A stretch of 64,000 bases of DNA from Octopus vulgaris (taxonomy: Eukaryota), in NCBI GenBank assembly GCA_951406725.2, contig OX597814.1:12152001-12216000 (forward strand). The letters are read 5' to 3'. Both the position numbers and the translations under genes were made by a program. Position 1 is the stretch's first letter. The number at the start of each line of letters is the position of its first letter. Below the pieces are notes generated by a model, which was not told the DNA's origin, made no database searches, and worked only from the letters and a program-made list of their open reading frames with translations. Positions 12,071 through 26,222 of the stretch are shown here, one piece after another.

Positions 12071-12930
12071 CTAGCTGACGGACCCGGTAATTCCTGGGAA
12101 AGCGGGGCTTATCTCTTGGTTCCGTTCTCATAATTGTTTCGCTAACCCAATAACCACAATACAAACTATGTAGCCCTTAAGACGGTTTTTGTGCATTTAC
12201 CGAGAATACCGAACTGTCTTACACAGGATCTTGTTTTTAGGAATTCCCAATAAGTTATGAATACCCTAATTGTGAAGTCAGTTATGTAATAACATGAAAT
12301 TAGTTACCCGATAGTAAGAATTCAAATAAAGTAGCCCTGAAAAATGGCTTTAATGCGTTCCCAGTGTATATAGAACTTAGGAGGAAATACTAATAAGGTA
12401 TGTATACAAAAATCGTGAAACATGTTATAACAGGCTAATGAGATATGAGATAATAACAATTCAAAGTAAATAGCTCTGAATAGGGCTTTTATGCCTTCCC
12501 AGAGAATATTACCTCAGCGGTGCTAATGTTGGTATATTCTTGAATAAGTTACTAACCAGAATAAGTGGATCTAATGTTTAGGAAAATATAATTTTCTTGT
12601 TTAAGGGTTGTACTGGATAAATTGCGAAAATAACTAACAGTTCAAATACTAAGAAATAAACATACTCAATATGATTTATACCAAATGATTTAGGAAAATG
12701 AATGGGTTATTTCCCTTGGCTGTTAAAATGAAATATATTAGATATATATAAGAATCCCTTCCAGGGTCCCTATTATCGATTTTTTTCAACAATTTTAGTA
12801 TGCCATGAGGTTTCCAGACATGAATTCTGCTCACGTGTCAAGTTTCATCAAAATCGATAAAACGATGCAGGAGGAGTTAGTTAACAACTGCACAAACACA
12901 CCCACAGACAGAATTTCCCATAGTAGTAGA
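12071..12930 (-). mobile_element. Non-autonomous Helitron-like element
   Basis: Minus strand starts A|TCTACTACTA and ends with hairpin CCCAGGAATTACCGGG followed by TCCGTCAGCTAG|T; three degenerate internal repeats begin TAGCYCT (~12170, 12332, 12471). Confidence 0.65.
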
Positions 12931-12943
12931 TTTAGTAATTATT

Positions 12944-12996
<53 letters not shown>

Positions 12997-14506
12997 CAAA
13001 GAGGGTAGCTAGTCTGGATAAGTTCGTACGATGAGAGAGAGAGAGAGAGAGAGAGAGCGACAGACTATATTTTCGCTCTCCTCAGTCTGTCTGTCTGTCT
13101 CTTTGCCTGTCTCTCTGATTAAGATGCAGCTTCAAAACAGTATCCAATTCTTCTTACGCTGTACGAATTTGGATTTACGAAACTTAACTAAAATTTTATT
13201 CAATCAAACCATCGCCAGTATTCTCAAGCTTTTCTTTCTTTCGTTTTTTTCTTCTCTAAATTTTAATTCTACAAATCATTCCAAAAAACATGGGAGCTTG
13301 TACGACAGGGATTTTCAAATAGTAGGCACTCGGTAGCGAACTGATGCTCTGTGAAATGCATGCAAGCTCGCCGAAAATCTTCAAAAGTTTAAATTAAGGC
13401 TTTAAAATTTTGCCATACTATCACGAAAAACGTGTGATTCATAGTTTTCCTTATCCACGTGTATGCTCGATTAAACAAAGTAGATAATTGGAGTTGCACT
13501 CTTCTAAATTTCTATAATTTAAAAACAGCTATTTTTGGGAAAAACTTCAATTCGAAATGCACCGCTAATTCTTAAATTTAATCTCCATTGTGCCACGAAG
13601 TTAGAAAGATTGAAAGTCACTTCTCTATGTAGTTGCATGACTTGTTAGAAATAGCAGCCACATTTTCCTTCAGCTCACACCTTTCCGATTAAAAATAATT
13701 GCTCTCCTGTCCCACATCAGGGAAGGGAATTAATGCCGTAGCTGGAGCAGTCGATGAGTTTGTCGCTCCCTGGACCCTCAGATCTTTATAGCTTATACAG
13801 CAGACCGAAAAGTGTTGACCCCATAAAAGCGTCGCTCGGGTGGTCTGCCCTCATCGCCCCCAAGCCAGCTACACTACTGAGTGAGGGGGACCTTAATGTT
13901 TCGGGAGTACTTTATTTGTTTACTATCTTTAAGGGGACCATCAAATATTTACGAAGCACCCTCCTTGGTTGTCCAGGCTCTGGACCGACGTGTCAGCTAA
14001 TCCCTCTTTCTCTCATTGGTCATGGCCATGGGCCAGATCATATCGAACATGCTTAAATATAAGGGCATTCCAAGCTGAACCATCCTGTCGATTTTCAAAA
14101 ACAATGTAATGAGAACAACGACATCTAATGCGTACTTCTTTTCTTCTATTTAAAGACAATGTGGTTTGATTTCAGCGAGATTTGACTACCATTTCTAGTA
14201 TCTTAGTGTTTTGGTCTAAAGGAAGGGGTTAAACCACGGCCCTTTTCAGGCCTTCCGAGATCTGAAAAACACAAGGAAACTCCAGGGAATCAATGTAATA
14301 AGGGAAGTCTAGGTGAAGTGGTTATTGAGGGGTCCAGTGTTATGGAGGTGGTGATGGGCTCCATACGGTTAAGAAGAAAAAGAGAGAGAGGCAATACACA
14401 AAACAACCCCCGTTTCGAGTCGCCTCAATGTAATCTGAAATCGATTTCATATTACACGGCCCTTGCAGTTAACCAGAACTTCGTTTTATAAACTACTACT
14501 ACTACT

Positions 14507-14562
<56 letters not shown>

Positions 14563-14688
14563 GTGTGGCTGCTGCAGCAGTATCACCATCACCTCTATCA
14601 AAATTAACTACTGCAATTACCACAATAAGGAAGTAATCTAAAATTGCTATACTGAAATGTACGAAACGACAAGAATCACACACGCACA

Positions 14689-14910
14689 TACGGGGTCGGG
14701 GTGTCGAAAAGTTTCTGGATTTGGGTAAAAGGAAATACTGGAAGATCAGTTAATTATGATTTTATTCAACATATTCTCCTCTCAGATTCACGCACTTATT
14801 GCAGCGGTCCTTCGGTTTTTATAAGCCCTGTAAAAGAACTCGGAAGGTTGGGCCTCCAGCCAGGCCTTTCGCGACACCCTTAAAGCCAGGAACTTTTCAG
14901 CACCCCTTTA
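14689..14910. mobile_element. Mariner-like MITE
   Basis: Imperfect TIRs GGGGTGTCGAAAAGTTTCTGGATTT / AAAGCCAGGAACTTTTCAGCACCCC next to TA. Confidence 0.55.
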
Positions 14911-14924
14911 TATATACATATACA

Positions 14925-14963
<39 letters not shown>

Positions 14964-15847
14964 TTATTTATGGGTCTCAACTTTTTGAGTTCGTGGAGTA
15001 CTAGTGCTCGTGAGGTGAAACCACAAAAACGCTACAGGTGTACAGAGCATGGCAAGTGAAAGAAGATGAAAAAGGTACGTGTCTCCAATGCTGGTTTGTT
15101 TATGGCCTACAATTTATCAGTTTGGCTGATGGCATACGAGGGATCGTTTTGATCGTCTAAGCCTTCCTAAGAGTTTCCTCAGCACGGCTGCAGACTGTCG
15201 AGATCTCTTCAAATTAATGTAATTAATGTAGTTGGTAAACAAAGTGTGTTTAGTGTGTTTAGAATATATAATAGGATTTATCCTTAAAATAAAAATTTAA
15301 AAGTTTTCAAGTAGCCGCAATTGTAAACCAGTGTGTGTGTGCGTGTGTTTTCTGAAAAATAGCGTAACCCTGTTAGCGAAGTACCGTTCGAAAACAACCC
15401 CCGCCAAACGAAAAACAAAAAATCAAAAAAAAATCAAGAAAACAATGTAAACAGAGTGTGACATTTACAGTAAAACAACATACACAAGTCAACGAGGAAG
15501 CCTCTTCCGATGGCTCGGTTGGTGAGGAAAAGCAACTCAAATCTCCCTCATGCCACCTTAAGACAAATTAGACAGTGGTTCCCAACCATTTTGTTTTTGC
15601 CTATGGATCCCCTTTGATTCTTATTTCACTCCACTAGACGCCCATAGCCATTCGCTGTGTATACACAAAAACGTTACTGTAGCTTTTATAATCAAATATT
15701 TTAGTGTTTTATACAACTCTGAAGTTGTATGAAAAATGTTAAAATATTTGGGTATTGTAAAAGTATAATAAACAATTTATTATAGATAAATTTTAACAAC
15801 AAAATCTTATATGAACCTCTAAAACGAACCTAGGTTAGAACTTTATA

Positions 15848-16525
15848 TGAACTAAACATAGGGGGCACAAACAAAGGACAAAGGATTAAGTCATTATATC
15901 GACCCCAGTGCGTAACTGGTACTTTATTTATCGACCCCGAAAAGATGAAAGGCAAAGTTGACCTCGGCGGAATTTGAACTCAGAACGTAGCGGCAGACTA
16001 CCTATTTTTTACTGCCCACAAGGGGCTAAACACGGAGAGGACAAACAAGCGCAGACAAACGGATTGCGTAACTGTACTTATTTAATCAACCCCGAAAGGA
16101 TGAAAGGCAAAGATTTGAATTACCTATTTCTTTACTACTCACAAGGGGCTAAACACAGAGGGGACAAAGAAGGACAGACAAACGGATTAAGTCGATTATA
16201 TCGACCCCAGTGCGTAACTGGTACTTATTTAATCGACCCCGAAAGGATGAAAGGTAAAGTCGACCTCGGCGGAATTTGAACTCAAAACGTAGCGGCAAAC
16301 GAAATACCTATTTCTTTACTACACACAAGGGGCTAAACACAGAGGGGACAAAGAAGGACAGACAAACGGATTAAGTCGATTATATCGACCCCAGTGCGTA
16401 ACTGGTAATCGACCCCGAAAGGATGAAAGGCAAAGTCGACCTCGGCGGAATTTGAACTCAGAACGTAACGGCAGACGAAAAACCGCTAAGCATTTCGCCC
16501 GGCGTGCTAACGTTTCTGCCTGCTT
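15848..16525 (-). mobile_element. SINE family A array, about 4 units
   Basis: Tandem core+tail-2 units; one unit has internal deletions. Confidence 0.85.
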
Positions 16526-17164
16526 GCCATGGTTAGAAAAAACAAATGGGAATGTTTACAGATAGAACACCTCAATCATTGGTCTGCTTAGCAGAACAGA
16601 CTTGGGACCAGACAGCAAGCGCAACCGTGGCCAATCAAAATTCCTGTCGCTTTGTAGCAGTCAATACAGACATAGGTAAACACACACGTCCAGTTACATA
16701 TTTGGGCGTATAAAAATTTTCATGGTCACACTTACTGCACACGACACATTCGTTCCTCTCATACCTCTCTCACTCACTCTCTCTCTCTCTACACACACAC
16801 ATACACACATACGCACTCATTTACGCGCGTGCACATACATCTACTTCTCTTATAGTTACGCACACACATACTTCTACATGAGTCAACAAGGCAGTCTCTA
16901 CGTGGTAGCTGGGGCAAAGGACAGCATTTTAAAGTTTGCTGTATAAGGTGTATTGCCCCCACCTTTCCGTGTTGGTAGGGTGGACTGAAATTCCCCGGGC
17001 TGCACTGACTTCAGCTACGCCACTAGCTAGACGTATCAATTCTACCTCAGACTAATGTACAGTAGTGCTTCTCGAAGTGGGCAGTATTGTCCCTTATGGT
17101 GGTGGTGGAGCGGATTGGAAAATTTTATAATGGTACTGGAGATGCATCCGTATGATTTTTTAAA

Positions 17165-17930
17165 AATTGATTTCAAATTTTGACACAAGGCTAGAATTTT
17201 CGGGGAAGGGCATAAGTCAATGGCATCGACCCCAGTGCTCAACTGGTCTTTATTTTATCGACCTCAAGAGAGATGAAAGGCAAAGTCGACCTCGGAGGAA
17301 TTTGAACTTGGAGCGTAAAAACGGACGAAATGCCGCTAAGCATTTTGCTTGGCGTGTTAACGATTGTCAACTCGCCGCCTTCTCATATTTAAATATTCCT
17401 TTCTACTATAAGGCACAAGGCCTCAAATATGGGGACGGGAGGACTAGTTGATTACATTGATCCCAGTGCTTAACTGGTACTTTAAGCAGGTTCCCTGGCG
17501 AGCTAACGTTTCTTATTTCTTTATTGCCCATAAGGGGCTATATATAGAGGGGACAAACAGGGGCAGACTAAGGTATTAAGTCGATTATATCGACCCAGTG
17601 CGTTACTGGTACTTTATTTATCGACCCCGAAAGGATGAAAGGCAAAGTCGACCTCGGTGGAATTTGAACTCAGAACGTAGCGGCAGACAAAATACCTATT
17701 TCTTTATTACCCACAAGGGGCTAAACACAGAGGGGACAAACAAGGGCAGACATAGGTATTAAGTCGATTACAACGACCCCAGTGCGTAACTGGTACTTAA
17801 TTTATCGACCCCGAAAGGATGATAGGCAAAGTCGACCTCGGCGGAATTTGAACTCATAACGTAAAGGCAGACGAAATACGGCTACGCATTTCGCCCGGCG
17901 TGTTAACGTTTCTGCCAGTCCGCCGCCTTC
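17165..17930 (-). mobile_element. Cluster of SINE family A copies (monomers plus a 2-unit array)
   Basis: Three or four CGACCCCGAAAGGATGAAAGGCAAAGTCGACCTCGG-like cores. Confidence 0.85.
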
Positions 17931-19559
17931 TCATGTTTAAACATTAACTTTATAACATCAAATGTAACACGATAATCAGCTTGTTAGCCACAATAACAAC
18001 AACGACAATAACAATAACTACAAATCGGAATATATAGATAATTTGGATCGGTGTCTTCAGAATCACTAAGAGTTCGATCAGACCTTAGTCAATCAATAAC
18101 TAAGGTCGAGTAGTGGGGATGCGTCGAATATTCGCATGTAGTAAAGGCGGTGTGTCGTAAGATGCCGTGGCGTCAAACTCGTAACCCGGGACTGAATTAC
18201 CCTGGCCTCATGTTGCATATGTTACTGTCGGGCTAAATGCTTAACAGCTTTTCCTCCGAAACGTTCAGAGTTCAAATTTGTCCGAGGTTGATTCTGCTTC
18301 TCATCAAATTTCAGGCTTATTACATATTTTACTTATCTCAGTTTTTGGACGGTGGGCATGCTGGGACACAACCTTCAAAGACCTAGTCGAATCGATCCCA
18401 GTAATTATTATAATTATAATTATTATTATCGTCATTTTAAATCTGGTACTAATTCTATTGGTCTCTTTTGCCAAACTGGTAAGTTACTACGAGGATGTAA
18501 ACAAACGAACATCGATTGTCACACGGTGATGGGGACAAACAGACACAAAGTTTCCGCACAGTTTCATCTACTGAAGTTTCTCACAAGACAATGGTTGGTC
18601 CATTTATAAAAAAAAATATTTAAGGAGTCACGCAGTGGGACTGAACCCGAAATCACGCAGTTGCAAAGCGAGCTTGTTAATCTTACAGTCATTCTTGCGC
18701 ATAGGGCTCGTTGAAGTGTACCAAGGACTCTTTGAAAAAGTCTTAGTAACAGAAAATAGGAGATAATTGAAATAAGTTCGGTAAGCAGTGTTCTTACGTT
18801 CGTTTTAAATTGTGAAAATCGATCTAAAGTGGGCCGAAGTGGACCGATGTGCCTTCGGCTCTATTTTGGCTCTAGCAGAAGTAGTATGGGGCTGCAAATA
18901 AGGTCAGAAATTTTGAAAAGAGTGTGGAGGGTTCCAACTACTTGACGAGTACTTTGCTTTATGGATCGCAAAGATTTAAAAGGTGAAGTCAATTTTAGTA
19001 GGGTTTCAACTGAGAACATAAAGAATCAAAAGAAATAACACTATATCGATTCTGCCAAATCTCTTGCTGTGTAATTTAGGCACGGGGTCAAGAATTGTGG
19101 ATAGGAGGTTAGTCCTTTAAATCTACGCAAGTACTTACTGGTTCTTTATTTTATTAACTCCAGAAAAATAAAAGGCAAAGCTGACCTCGGCGGGATTTGA
19201 ACTCAGAAAAAAAAAAAGAAAAGATCCAGAAGAAATATCGTAAGGTATTTTTTCAGACTCTCTAGCTATCCGGCCAAAGTAACTAGCGGAGCCCATGGGA
19301 ATTCCACATGTTACTAATGCTATTGTTTCTATTTGATGCTCAATATATCGAGCCCTTCATAACATTGTCTTATTAAATACAAAATTTTGTTTACGAATTC
19401 TATTTTGCTGCATTGTTAAAATGCATAACACCAGAACACACGTAAAGGGACATAACAAAGATAGGTTCCCAAAAATGTGAAGGTTTACACTGAAATTAAA
19501 ATGAAGCGTGACAGTGATATTCACATATGTGTAAGGGTTCACAGAGACGGTAGCCGCCA

Positions 19560-21310
19560 CGTAAGGCTACCCAAAAAAGCCTCCACAGATCTACGCTTAT
19601 CCTGACCACCGAGGATAAATGTCTTCTCCCACTTGTGTTCTTCAGGGTACAAATCCCGCTGAGAGTGAGCCGTTCATCAGGGCTTTCAGTCACATTTTAA
19701 CAAGTAAAATAACCAGATCAGTCCTATATGAAATAACTGTTTGACAAAACTCTACAAGTCAGTAATGCTCAGTTGCTAAACGAGTGTTTGTGTCACTCTA
19801 AGTGCACCTCGGACAGGCCTGGAAAACTACAATTTCTAACATGCAAAACTTATCTCGACTCAGCAATGTTCAGAAGCACTTCCAGTTCAGAAATTTCTGG
19901 ATATATATTCTGGATATATAGTCCTCAGGTTGTAAATCCTCCGTAAAAGACCAGCTAGTTGATTCTTTCCGACGCCCAAAGTTTCCCCGAAAACTTCGTT
20001 GCTTTTTCTCTTAATTATTCCTCTACAGAAAGCTAACCTAAATGTTCCACTGTCAGTGTTGCTCAGTTGAGAGAAGACTGAGGGCGCCAGACAACATTTC
20101 AGTTGCTAGATGCTCAGTCTTGGTGTTCGCTTGAGTCAAAGCTGCAGTCCGTTAAAAGAGACATGCTGTGGCAAAACGTGCCTAGCAAAGAGTGATGAGA
20201 ACTGCTCGCTGACCGGGAATTTCTATCGAAGCTGCAGCCACTGCGCATGTCTGCATATTTTCAGTCACGCACACTGTAGAGGGTACTTGCAGTATATAAA
20301 ACCTCTGCACATTGGAACGCGTCCCTTCCACAAGAAGCGAAAGTGCAGACCTTCCAATTTGGTCAGGCAGTGAAAACAGAGCAAAGCATGACGGTCAGAT
20401 AGTATTATACGACGAAGGCGATCTATGTGTTCGTCACCTCTCCACGACATGTCATAGATAAATTCCTCCCAGCTTATTTCTAGTCAAAACTAAACACTAC
20501 ACATAACCGCTTCCCAACTGCTGTCCAAACTGAGCCAGATGCCAAGCAACAGAATCGGTGTGTCATTAAGGTGCTTCACGACGTTGTTTGGCATCATGAG
20601 CTTAACCCCTGATGATGAGCAAAGCTGCAAAGTTTTCAACTCTGCATTCAGCAGAATTATAGACCGGAAATTATCGACAGTGCCCCTTCTTGTTTACGTT
20701 CTTCCTCAGCTGTGATACCACAGCCCAACTCACAGAACCAGGAATCTTCCTTTTCTGCTGCTAGTTGATATCTGCCAAAGTCACGGCGAAATTTTTCCAT
20801 TTATATATACGTAAAGCTCGTAAGGCGGCAACAACTCGAACAAGGTGAAATGCACCTCAGACATCGTCAGCTGCTGCTATCGGCTTTTCGCCGCATTTCT
20901 TGATTTTTACTGAATGTCGTCACAGGTCTTTGAAATACGCTTTCCAAAACTCTTCTACTTTCTCCGTTCATTGCCACCGGAATGCTGCAGACATCTTCTG
21001 ACAACGATTAGCACGTGACTGTTCAGGTCCGTCAAAGAACGAACAGTATTCATTACTGCGTTTGTCACGTGGGTCCATCGAATGTTTTTTATTTCTTTGT
21101 TTTTAGTCTTGTGCCAAAGAGCGTACCTTAGTTTTAAGAACACAACATTTAAGGTTCGTGTTGAAAAGGATGGCTGAAGAATATCGTGCACGATAACATA
21201 AATCGTCTCTTCTAGTTTCCTCCCTACTTACCTCTCTAATTTATTTTTCTTTCGCCACATGCTGAATACAACCGATTCTTCTCCAATCACTTTCTTACGA
21301 GCGATTCATC
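19560..21310 (-). pseudogene. Highly decayed hAT (Charlie/GTF2IRD2-like) transposase
   Basis: Scattered remnants in the expected order: RKV..ENR..W (~21250-21300), KNIRWTH (cf. NIRRHY), RWLS-like (~20130), HLSSVVRIS (cf. HLxxxLRI). Many stops and frameshifts. Confidence 0.4.
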
Positions 21311-21504
21311 ACCACTTGTTGACAATCACCCTCGTTTACTCATGCTTAACCCATTTGTCAAGCCGGTCACAGTGAGTTTTTGCATTCCGGGAACAACACT
21401 ATCAGCTTCTTGTTACCAGGTCCTGGTCGATATGTCATACCTAATCGACCGTACAGGTTACAAGTTTGTGCAGCCGATCAGTTGAAATTGTGGACACCCA
21501 ATAG

Positions 21505-21711
21505 CAGTGTTTCCCAACCTATTTTCCGCCAGGCCCCACAATAACTTCCCAGAAAAATGTATGCCCCAACCGGTGATTGGAAAAAAAGTATAGGTGTAGT
21601 GTTTGCTGTGAAAAAGAGATTTTCACAATTCCATGTCCCACTAAAAAAAAAAAAATTAAAAACTTTTTAGATCCCACGCTTCACAATTTTCCCAATCGTT
21701 GGGAATCGATG
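21505..21711. mobile_element. hAT-Charlie-like MITE (a similar TIR start CAGTGGTTCCCAACC is at ~15573)
   Basis: TIR CAGTGTTTCCCAAC / GTTGGGAATCGATG; flanking 8-mers CCCAATAG / CTCTATAG resemble a decayed TSD. Confidence 0.5.
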
Positions 21712-22418
21712 CTCTATAGTATCCACTGATCTTACAATTACTTGATTCCTTGCAATCAAGGAAATTGTGTAAGAGCGAAGTGGAAAAGTAGGAGCGGGAG
21801 CTTTTCATAGTAGCAAGAACAATAACGAAATAACAAAACGGTAAAGAAAAAAAATAATTAATCCTAAATTATGCACAAAGCCATATATTTTAGAGGAGGA
21901 GTTAGTCAGTTGTATCGAGCTCAGTTCAACAGAAACTAATCAATATTTGAAAGAATGAGCTTGCGAATCAACCTCAGCGGTATTTGAACTCAGAGCAAAA
22001 AGCGAACGTCGTTAATAACTACGATTCTAGTAATTCTTTAATTCATCGTCCTTATAAAAGAAGAAAAAAAAAGTTCTTTCTCATATAGTTTATAAGACAT
22101 GAATTTTAGTGGAAGGGTTTTTTCCATCAAATTCGCACCAGTATCTGATTGACACTTTATTTTATCGATCCTGAAAGAATGAATGCCGAGATTTGAACTC
22201 AAAACGTAGCGAGCCGGCAAAAATTTACTGTAAGACACTGTTCAACTGTCTAAAGATTCACCAAGTCAGGTAGTATTTAGAATAAAATATAATAAAAGAA
22301 ACATGTACTGAAAACAAAACAAGCCCACTCTAGTAGTGCAGGGGAAAAGCCCACAAATACGATTAGTATTAATAAAAAGAAATTTAAAATAATTTTACCG
22401 AAATAAAAATAAAAATAA

Positions 22419-22450
<32 letters not shown>

Positions 22451-22668
22451 ATTAAGACTTACCAATTTGAGAATCATATTCCAATGCATTGTCTGTTGAA
22501 TTTGATGAAAAATATGTAAATAAACAGTACATTCCTTGGTAACTAATTCACGCCTCACCGACGAGTCTGTAATCCGATATAATATATATGTGTGTATATA
22601 TATTTATATATTCACATAAATGTTATGAAAAATACTGTTTTTCTTAATTTTATATATGTATTTCTAAA

Positions 22669-22704
<36 letters not shown>

Positions 22705-23806
22705 GCAACGTTATATATATGCAGACATGATGCATATATATATATATATATAGATAGATATAATATACCTGCCTACCGATATATGTGTTGCTCTGTTAGC
22801 GCCTACATATTTTTTATTATACACGGGGATTATTTAACAAGTGCATTTATTAAATTTGCGGTTACAGAGAGAGTAAGAGAGCGTATGTGTGTGTGTATGT
22901 GTGTTTGCATATGAGAGAGAGAGAGAGAGAAAGAAAGAGAGAAAGAAAGAGAGGGGGAGAGAGAGAGCAGTGCGCACGTATATGAATAAAAAATATGCGT
23001 GTGTGTTTAGTAAGTATATATATATCTTGATATATAACATACAAGTACTTATAAACTATGTATACAAATAAATATCAATATAGATAAATTGTGCTCTGTA
23101 TCTATATATATATATCTATCTATCTATATATATATAATAATACACACGAAAAGTACTTCGTTTGTTTATTGATAAACTTTTTGTTTCTCAAATAATATTT
23201 TCTTTTTATTCGAAGTTCTTTCAGTTGCTGCTGTTTGTTATTATTGTTTGATAAGTGTACTACTGTCTTTTCTTTGTTTTTAAATTCTTCTTGTTTTCTC
23301 CAATCACCCACCGCCTGTGTGTGTATATGTGTGTGTGTTGTGTGTTGTGTTTTTTTTTTCTCCCGCTTATTTGCCGAAAGTTTTTTTTGCTGATCACTTT
23401 AAACTCTCTTCTTCCGAAGTAGTTGTCGCTAACGTTGCTAACGTCGCTTTATACACACAAGCGGACGGACGATTGACACTTAACGGCATGCGTGGTGGTT
23501 TATATAGCGCATGGTATATATACAAGTTTTGTGCTTTCATTGGAGCGTTTGTTTGTGTTTATAACTATGGACATCATCGTGGTGGTTGCTGATATCGTAG
23601 TCGTCGTTGTTGTTCTTGAATTTCTCTAACTTGTCGGCTTCTATTATTGTTATTATTCGTTTGTTTTTAAAATTTTTTGCTTTCAAACTTCTTTTCCCAT
23701 GTGTCATCTATATATATATATATATATATATCTATCTATCTGTCTATCAGTATATTTTTATATCTGTATATGAATGTATTTGCATATCCATTTGTTTATG
23801 TATGCA

Positions 23807-24237
23807 AAGGCGGCGAGCTGGCAGACACGTTAGCGTGCCGGGCGAAATGCTTAGTGGTATTTCGTCTGTCGTTACGTTCTGAGTTCAAATACCGCCGAGG
23901 TCGACTTTGCTTTCATCCTTTCGGGGGTCGATAAATATAGTACCAGTTACACACTGGGGTCGATGTAATCGACTCAATACCTATGTCTGTCCTTGTTTGT
24001 CCCCTCTGTGTTTAGCCCCTTGTGGGTAATAAAGAAATAGAAATAGGTATTTCGTCTGTCGTTACGTTCTGAGTTCAAATACCGCCGAAGTCGACTTTGC
24101 CTTTCATCCTTTCGGGGTCGGTCGATAAATAAAGTACCAGTTTCGCACTGGGGACGGCGATATAATCGACTCAGTCCCTTCGTCTGTCCTTGTTTGTCCC
24201 CCTCTATGTTTAGCCCCTTCTGGGCAGTAAGGAAATA
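23807..24237 (+). mobile_element. SINE family A array, head plus 2 units
   Basis: Junction AAAGAAATAGAAATAG|GTATTTCGTC. Confidence 0.9.
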
Positions 24238-24454
24238 TATTTGTTTATGTATGCATCAATTAATTTAACTACCACTATACGTATCTCCTTCTCATTCTTC
24301 TTTCACCGTTTTTGCTTTAACTTTTTGCCTTCCTCTGTCTGCTGTGGTTATGAAGGCGGGTTACATACGTCTCTACATGAGTTTTCTTCATTCAAAGATG
24401 AAAAACTAACGAAACTCTTCGAATTTATATGCTTCGCCAAATCCCCAACTTCTA

Positions 24455-24660
24455 GCCACCACCACCACCCCTCCATCAATGAACGTAATGAGAACAGCGA
24501 CGCCGACCACCACCGCCGCCGCCATCACCCACTACTATCAGCACACCCACCGCCATAAGCACCGTCATCATTACCAATACGACGACAGCCACCACCACCG
24601 CCACCATTATCATCTACTACTACCACCACCACCACCACTACTACTACTACTACTACCACC

Positions 24661-24716
<56 letters not shown>

Positions 24717-24767
24717 CACCACCTCCACCACCACCACCACCACCACCACCACCACCACCACCACCAC

Positions 24768-24817
<50 letters not shown>

Positions 24818-24845
24818 GTTGCTGTTGCTGTTGTTGTTGCTGCTG
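24455..24845. repeat. Compound (CAC)n/(TAC)n/(TGY)n trinucleotide microsatellite
   Basis: Directly visible; it produces the poly-P/L/T/V ORFs. Confidence 0.9.
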
Positions 24846-25150
24846 CGAAGGAAATGAAGGAGCCACTACGTGGTCGTTATTAGAAGTAGTAGCAGGAAAA
24901 TGTTCCTCACATCGGATCCTACCGTTTTAGAAAACGGATGTGTTGTTTTACGTATGTGGTACTGGGTTTTTCTCTGCACATAGGAAATTGGACGGGACTG
25001 TCGTGATGGGAACGCCATTAGTTATAGTCCTGACCTGGGGTTAAATAACAATAACAACTACACTACCTCCATCACTGCCCTGCCTACTTGCGTACATAGC
25101 GGTCTTGTATGTATATATATATGTATATATACATATATATATATGTGTGC

Positions 25151-25258
<108 letters not shown>

Positions 25259-25332
25259 AACTTAGATATGTTTCGACCAATGATTGGTCCAGGCCATGTC
25301 TAACTTAATAGCACCACATATATGTGTATATA

Positions 25333-26222
<890 letters not shown>

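Noticed and set aside
22555-22585. Partial hammerhead-like words (also ~2925, ~32518, ~41472)
   Set aside because: One core box or the supporting stems are missing.
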